DNA of 64,000 bases, taken from NCBI GenBank assembly GCA_002412545.1, contig DHVG01000013.1:129315-193314 (forward strand), written 5' to 3'. Position 1 is the stretch's first letter. Each line of letters begins with the position of its first letter. Position numbers and translations under genes: made by a program. The notes beneath the pieces were generated by a model. That model ran no database searches. It was not told where the DNA came from and saw nothing but the letters and a program-made list of their open reading frames with translations. Source of the stretch: Elusimicrobia bacterium UBA5214. Its GTDB lineage: Bacteria > Elusimicrobiota > UBA5214. This document shows, one piece after another, positions 59,334-64,000 of the stretch.

Positions 59334-60404
59334 CTAAGTACCATTTGTCAATAATTTCTCCGGTAGTTTAATTCTTTCTAATCGTTGTTGGATAAGTTTT
59401 TTATCCGGCAATTTAGTTTGATAAACTGAAATTTTTATCGGTTTGTGTGTCTTACTTAAGGTCAAACGGACAATACTGTCTCTCTTAGAGCGACATAGAA
59501 TTAAACCGACCGATGGACTTTCCTCTGGTAATTTTATTTGTTCGTCAAGAGCAGCAAGATAAAACTGCATCTTACCCACATATTCCGTTCTAAATTCGCC
59601 TATTTTAAGTTCAACCGGGATAAGACATTTCAGTTCCCGATGAAAAAAGAGCAGGTCAATTCTAAATTCTTCACCATCTATCACCAGAGGATATTCTTCT
59701 CCAACAAAAGATAAGTTTTTACCAAATTCCAGAAAGAAATCTCTGAGATTGTCAAGAATTGCCTTGCGTAGTTCTTTTTCCGAGAAAGTTTTTGTTAAGT
59801 CTAAGAATTCTAAAACATATTCATCTTTTAAATGACGATGAATATCATCAAGCGGTATAGCAAGTTTCCCCTGAGTGGAACGAAGGGTCTCCTTTTCTAT
59901 CTCCATCAGTTTATCTGGTTTTTTAGAGAGAGCAAATCTTTCAAAATAAGCAGAATCAATCTGACGCTGTAATTCCCTCTTACTCCATCGTTCTTTTAAG
60001 CACATTTTGATATAAAACTCTTTTTCTTCAATGGTTCTTGTATGGTCTAAGATAATCACATTGTTTGTCCAGCTAATTTCTCCAGCCAGTGGCTGGAGAA
60101 TTGTTTTGTCTCTGTAAGTTAAATAAAATTTCTTCATATACCATAAATTCTGGACTGAAAATCCGCTCATTTCCGGATACTTCATCCTCAAATCCTGTGA
60201 TAGTTTCTCAACCACCCCATCACCCCATTCGCTCTTCTCTTGAAGACTTACAATACGCTCACCAATAAACCAGTAAAGGTCAATCAGCAGTTTATTTACA
60301 GTAGTGATTGCCTTATGTTTATTTTCTTCAACCTTTTTTATGATAGCTGAAAGTGATTCTCCGTAATCTTGAGTTTGTTTTTTTACAATATTAATTTTTC
60401 CCAT
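59334..60404 (-). CDS. YhcG-family (DUF1016) PD-(D/E)xK nuclease-domain protein
   Basis: N-terminal DUF1016 pattern (LIDLYWFIGERIV...WGDGVVEKLSQDL...GFSVQNLWYMKKFY...WSKRELQRQI) and C-terminal PD-(D/E)xK core (IDLLFFHRELKCLIPVELKIGEF); 356 aa. Confidence 0.8.
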   Translation of the reverse strand: MGKINIVKKQTQDYGESLSAIIKKVEENKHKAITTVNKLLIDLYWFIGERIVSLQEKSEWGDGVVEKLSQDLRMKYPEMSGFSVQNLWYMKKFYLTYRDKTILQPLAGEISWTNNVIILDHTRTIEEKEFYIKMCLKERWSKRELQRQIDSAYFERFALSKKPDKLMEIEKETLRSTQGKLAIPLDDIHRHLKDEYVLEFLDLTKTFSEKELRKAILDNLRDFFLEFGKNLSFVGEEYPLVIDGEEFRIDLLFFHRELKCLIPVELKIGEFRTEYVGKMQFYLAALDEQIKLPEESPSVGLILCRSKRDSIVRLTLSKTHKPIKISVYQTKLPDKKLIQQRLERIKLPEKLLTNGT

Positions 60405-60423
60405 AGGTACATTTTAAATTCTA

Positions 60424-60454
60424 TTTCTTCCCCTATCCGCAATGAGCAGATAAC
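60424..60454. promoter_or_regulatory. conserved ~31-bp motif, copy 2, immediately upstream of the YhcG-family gene
   Basis: tttcttcccctatccgcaatgagcagataac; ends ~20 nt from the YhcG ATG; TAGAAT-like hexamer follows the core on the minus strand. Confidence 0.6.
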
Positions 60455-60537
60455 GATCTCTGGATAAAAGAAGTTGCTGGAGGCAATTTGGGAAAATCTT
60501 TGATTTCCCTTTTGTCCGCTGTTAGGCGATGTGAAAA

Positions 60538-61110
60538 TTATAGTGTTGGCAAAATAACAAGAGCAACAAAAAGAAACAATGAAATTCCATAGATAAAAAG
60601 AACATATTTAGGCATAAGTAAAAATAATCCTCGTTCTTTTCTTTGTTCTGGCGAAAGTTTCAGGCTATATATACAGAAAAAAATAACAGGAATTATTCCA
60701 AATATCGCAATTGCAAAAATTATCTCCAAGACAAATAATATCCATATAGACCATAGCGGACGTTTAACTACCATTTCCTTTATGCCGAATAATGCTGAAT
60801 AGATTCCATAACCTATTGTGCACCAAAATAACCATTTACCAACAAAGTAATAATCTCTCTTTTTGATTGCTTGCTTTAACTTCTTCTCTCCAAATATATC
60901 TCTATCGTTTTTTTGCAATTCTTTTATTTGCATTTTATAGTTTTTAGCCTGCTGCAAAATCTCATTTGAAGGTTGACTTAACCTTCTTTCATCTAAAATT
61001 GATTTAGCAATTTCAATCGCTTCTTCAATATAATCTGAACTGTCAAAATATACCATAACTAAGAGTTCATTATCGCTAAGTTTTGAATACTGATCTTTTA
61101 GTTCATTCAT
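60538..61110 (-). CDS. hypothetical membrane protein (soluble N-terminal domain plus 3-4 TM helices)
   Basis: 190 aa; Lys/Glu-rich N-terminal ~90 aa, then hydrophobic helices; no known motif. Confidence 0.5.
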   Translation of the reverse strand: MNELKDQYSKLSDNELLVMVYFDSSDYIEEAIEIAKSILDERRLSQPSNEILQQAKNYKMQIKELQKNDRDIFGEKKLKQAIKKRDYYFVGKWLFWCTIGYGIYSALFGIKEMVVKRPLWSIWILFVLEIIFAIAIFGIIPVIFFCIYSLKLSPEQRKERGLFLLMPKYVLFIYGISLFLFVALVILPTL

Positions 61111-61183
61111 TATTTGACCTCTTTATATTTTTATGTAGCTTAACTTTTTTGTTTCCAAGCAGGTTTGGATACTTTTCCGGTTT

Positions 61184-62209
61184 TTAGAATAGTTCTTTGT
61201 TTTTTGGTGGAAGTAGCCCTAAATGACGATAGGCGTTTTCGGTAGCGATACGTCCACGGGCAGTGCGAGAAAGGAAACCGACTTGAATCAGATAAGGTTC
61301 ATAGACATCGGTGAGCGTATCCACTTCTTCGGAAACGGCGACTGCCAAAGTTTCTATCCCGACCGGACCACCGGAAAATTTTTCCATTATCGTCAATAAG
61401 ATTTTTCTATCCATTGAATCCAACCCGGCAGTATCTACTTCTAACGAACTTAACGAATCTTCGGCAATCTTACGGGTAATTATTCCTTGTCCTTTGACTT
61501 CGGCAAAATCACGGATTCTCCGTAAAAGACGGTTGGCTACCCGCGGGGTTGCTCGGGAACGGGAAGCAATAATTTCTGCACCGTCATCTTCAATTTTTAT
61601 CTCTAATAGTTTCGCTGAACGGAGAACAATCTTTTTCAATTCATCAAAGGTATAAAAGTTTAAATGTCCGATAATCCCGAATCTTTCTCTTAAGGGACTG
61701 GTGAGCAGACCGGCACGGGTAGTCGCTCCGACTATGGTAAAACGCGGTAAAGGGAGACGCATATTCCGTGCACTTGCTCCTTCACCAATAATGATGTCTA
61801 ATTTGAACTCTTCCATTGCCGGATATAATGCTTCTTCAACTAAACGATTCAGCCGATGAATTTCGTCAATAAAGAAGACATCACCGTCAGTTAAATTGGA
61901 AAGAATTGCCGCAAGGTCACCGACCCGTTCTAAAGCCGGTCCGGAGGTGGGACGAATATTTACATTTAATTCGTGGGCAATAATGTAGGCAAGAGTGGTT
62001 TTGCCTAATCCGGGAGGACTGTAAAATAAACAATGGTCTAAAGGTTCTTTTCTTTGTTTTGCCGCCTGGATAAAGATACGCAGGTTATCCTTTAATTTAT
62101 CCTGCCCGACAAATTCGTCTAATGTCTTCGGACGCAAGGTAATATCAATTTTTTCTTCTTCCGGAGTAATCTCGGTAGTAAGTATACCCCGCACCTTTTC
62201 ATTCTGCAT
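61184..62209 (-). CDS. ruvB: Holliday junction branch-migration ATPase RuvB
   Basis: AAA+ Walker [12 protein letters not shown], Walker B DEIHRL, sensor regions; 341 aa. Confidence 0.95.
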   Translation of the reverse strand: MQNEKVRGILTTEITPEEEKIDITLRPKTLDEFVGQDKLKDNLRIFIQAAKQRKEPLDHCLFYSPPGLGKTTLAYIIAHELNVNIRPTSGPALERVGDLAAILSNLTDGDVFFIDEIHRLNRLVEEALYPAMEEFKLDIIIGEGASARNMRLPLPRFTIVGATTRAGLLTSPLRERFGIIGHLNFYTFDELKKIVLRSAKLLEIKIEDDGAEIIASRSRATPRVANRLLRRIRDFAEVKGQGIITRKIAEDSLSSLEVDTAGLDSMDRKILLTIMEKFSGGPVGIETLAVAVSEEVDTLTDVYEPYLIQVGFLSRTARGRIATENAYRHLGLLPPKNKELF

Positions 62210-62334
62210 TTTGTTTATTTTCCTTCTTTAGTAGTCTTGACGCTAAGCAAACCCCACACTAATAAAGATGCGGGGTAAGCGGTCTTTCAAAGGTGTTCAC
62301 CTTTAAGGGTTAAGTGATTCCACAAAAATGGCTA

Positions 62335-62444
62335 GGCAATTTGTTGAGGGGTTCCTCTTTGAACGACATCAGAGTTTTTGACGACCTTCGATTTTGGTCA
62401 AAAAATCATAAAGTGAAAAGAGGGTTCCCGAGACAAAAATTGCC
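62335..62444. other. structured element in the unusual 327-bp ruvA-ruvB spacer
   Basis: Closing helix ggcaattt (62335..62342) with aaattgcc (62437..62444); internal hairpin tttttgac...gtcaaaaa (62375..62404); direct repeat gagggGTTCC; separate hairpins aaaggt-gttc-accttt (~62290..62305) and gccgagc-aa-gctcggc (62484..62499). No ORF of 60 aa or more. Confidence 0.45.
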
Positions 62445-62536
62445 TACTCAAAACTCTGCTTTAACAAATTCTATTATTTTTTAGCCGAGCAAGCTCGGCA
62501 ACTACAATTGCGATACAACCTCTTAGATAAAGTTAC

Positions 62537-63145
62537 TTAGCGGTTAAATTTTTTTAATGCCTGAGTAACTAAATCTTCAGCCGATAATTTACTTTTCTGC
62601 TGGCTACTTGCGGCACTAAGCACTTCTTCTACTGCTTCCCGTGCCTGGAATTCCCGGTAACCGAGTGCAACTAAACCAGCAATCGCATCCAGTATTTCTT
62701 TTTCTTCGGTGGCTATTTCTCCCTTTTCTTCAGAAATTATCCATTCTTTAATTTTTTCTTTTAATTCCAGAATAATCTTTTCGGCAGTTTTCTTACCAAT
62801 ACCAGGAATAGTGGTGAGATAAGAGATTTCTTTACTGGAGACGGTTTTTTTAAATCTTACCGGCGGGCAATGGGAGACAACCGAAAGGGCAATCTTCGGA
62901 CCGACATCCGGAACATCTAAAAGATAACCGAAGAGTTGTCTTTCTTCCCGGGTAAAAAAACCGTAAATCTGTTGAATATTTTCCCGCACATGAAAGTAAG
63001 TATAAAGTTTCAATGGTTGATTTATTTTCGGTAATTTTTCGTAAGTAGTCAGCGGGACAAAAATCTGGTAACCAATACCGTTCACGGCTAAAGTAACTTC
63101 TTCTCTACTTTTATCGGCTAAAGTGCCTTCTAAAAAATTATACAT
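62537..63145 (-). CDS. ruvA: Holliday junction DNA helicase RuvA
   Basis: RuvA domain I (GIGYQIFVP), helix-hairpin-helix domain II (LLDVPDVGPKIALSVVS, IPGIGKKTAEKI), C-terminal RuvB-binding domain; 202 aa. Confidence 0.9.
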   Translation of the reverse strand: MYNFLEGTLADKSREEVTLAVNGIGYQIFVPLTTYEKLPKINQPLKLYTYFHVRENIQQIYGFFTREERQLFGYLLDVPDVGPKIALSVVSHCPPVRFKKTVSSKEISYLTTIPGIGKKTAEKIILELKEKIKEWIISEEKGEIATEEKEILDAIAGLVALGYREFQAREAVEEVLSAASSQQKSKLSAEDLVTQALKKFNR

Positions 63146-63152
63146 TTGTTAA

Positions 63153-63677
63153 TCACAAATCTAATTTATTCGCTTGAACTTGTTTATTATATTTTGCGTT
63201 ATAAAGGTGACAGAGGGCTACGGCTAAAGCATCACTGACATCATCCGGTCCCTGAATCTGATTACCGCTAACCGGCAAATTAAGACAGAGTTTTACCATT
63301 TTTAGCACTTGCGATTTTACTGCTCTCCCCTGCCCGGTAAGCGCTTGTTTAACTTGTAAAGGGGTATATTCAAATACCGGAATCCCTGCCTCGGCAGCGG
63401 CAAGCATGATAATTCCTTGACTCTGGCCAACTACAATTGCGGTTTTTACATTCTGAGCAAAAAAAAGTTTCTCCATCACTAAACAGGAAGGTTTATCCTG
63501 CTGAATAATTTTTTTTAATTCAGAATAAATCTTTTTTAATCTCTCCGCTGTAGAACTCTTTGTTTCTGTTTCAATACAACCGTAATTTTGAACTCTTAGC
63601 TCCTTGCTCTTTGCTATTTGCTCTATTGTTCCCCACCCACATCGGGCAATACCCGGGTCTATTCCAAGAATTGTCAT
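63153..63677 (-). CDS. ruvC: crossover junction endodeoxyribonuclease RuvC
   Basis: RNase H-like N-terminus ILGIDPGIARCGWG with catalytic Asp. Track start is TTG at 63686; ATG at 63677..63675 (MTILGIDPG) preferred. Confidence 0.9.
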   Translation of the reverse strand: MTILGIDPGIARCGWGTIEQIAKSKELRVQNYGCIETETKSSTAERLKKIYSELKKIIQQDKPSCLVMEKLFFAQNVKTAIVVGQSQGIIMLAAAEAGIPVFEYTPLQVKQALTGQGRAVKSQVLKMVKLCLNLPVSGNQIQGPDDVSDALAVALCHLYNAKYNKQVQANKLDL

Positions 63678-63685
63678 TTTGTTCA

Positions 63686-63775
63686 ACTTATAACTTATGA
63701 CCTATAACTTATAACTATTAGTTGTTGTATGTTATCGGTTATTGGTCATCGGTTATCAGTCATCAGTTATTAGTC
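63686..63775. repeat. two adjacent heptamer arrays filling the ruvC-yebC spacer
   Basis: AACTTAT-type x5 (63686..63720) then ATCGGTT-type x6 (63734..63775: atcggtt attggtc atcggtt atcagtc atcagtt attagtc), ending at the yebC stop codon; TGATAC periodicity continues into the yebC 3' end (63779..63792). Confidence 0.85.
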
Positions 63776-64000
63776 CTACGATACTGATACTACCTTCTCC
63801 ATCACTGCCTTCGGAATATCAAAATTAGCATAAACATTCTTTACATCTTCGTGTTCTTCCAAAGCATTCATTAAGGCAAGCATCGTTTCCGCTTTTTTCT
63901 CATCCAATTTTATGTAGGTCTGCGGGAAAAAAGTTATTTCGGCGCTGCTTAAAGGAATTTTCTTCTCTTCCAGTATCTTTTTTACTTTTTCATATTCTTC
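63776..64000 (-). CDS. yebC: YebC/PmpR-family transcriptional regulator, C-terminal 74 codons (5' end beyond window)
   Basis: Manual minus-strand translation from the window edge: ...MLALMNALEEHEDVKNVYANFDIPKAVMEKVVSVS then TAG at 63778..63776; matches the conserved YebC C-terminal box; yebC-ruvC-ruvA-ruvB is a classic arrangement. Absent from ORF track (edge-truncated). Confidence 0.8.
   Translation of the reverse strand, partial: EEYEKVKKILEEKKIPLSSAEITFFPQTYIKLDEKKAETMLALMNALEEHEDVKNVYANFDIPKAVMEKVVSVS

Noticed and set aside
62375-62404. tRNA or tRNA-like element in the ruvA-ruvB spacer (TTCGATT T-loop-like sequence)
   Set aside because: No cloverleaf can be drawn: no acceptor stem complementarity, no anticodon stem-loop, no GTTC-Pu-ANTC T-loop in correct context.
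62484-62499. Intrinsic terminator call for hairpins gccgagc-aa-gctcggc (62484..62499) and gtcgcc-tcttc-ggcgac (57772..57788)
   Set aside because: On the transcribed (minus) strand both hairpins are followed by A-rich, not U-rich, sequence; the T-run precedes the hairpin on the plus strand, which carries no genes. Kept as hairpins of unknown function.

Overview
AT-rich bacterial chromosomal segment, probably from an uncultivated diderm lineage (LPS/KDO/heptose genes, a T9SS-type C-terminal sorting domain). Every supportable gene lies on the minus strand. Conserved housekeeping blocks are intact: yebC-ruvC-ruvA-(spacer)-ruvB, queA-tgt-yajC-secD-secF, a large lipid A / KDO / heptose / core-glycosyltransferase cluster, an lptB-ptsN-hprK-rapZ regulatory cluster, a GH57 glucan pair, ptsH-ptsI and lepA-lepB. 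Two genes run off the window edges and are missing from the ORF track (membrane protein at 1..1528, yebC 3' end at 63776..64000). No rRNA, tRNA or CRISPR was found. Candidates for something new: (1) at least ten short tandem arrays with 7-bp (sometimes 8-bp) periodicity, each a different unit, sitting in frame inside essential genes and in spacers; (2) a small islet between queH and ruvB with a YhcG/DUF1016 nuclease, an overlapping two-gene module and a membrane protein, with a conserved ~31-bp motif upstream of both transcription units; (3) two B12-binding radical SAM paralogs with a methyltransferase and a decayed methyltransferase remnant; (4) an Fe-alcohol dehydrogenase plus DegT aminotransferase inserted between nfeD and its SPFH partner. 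All product calls are from motif recognition by eye; no database search was run.
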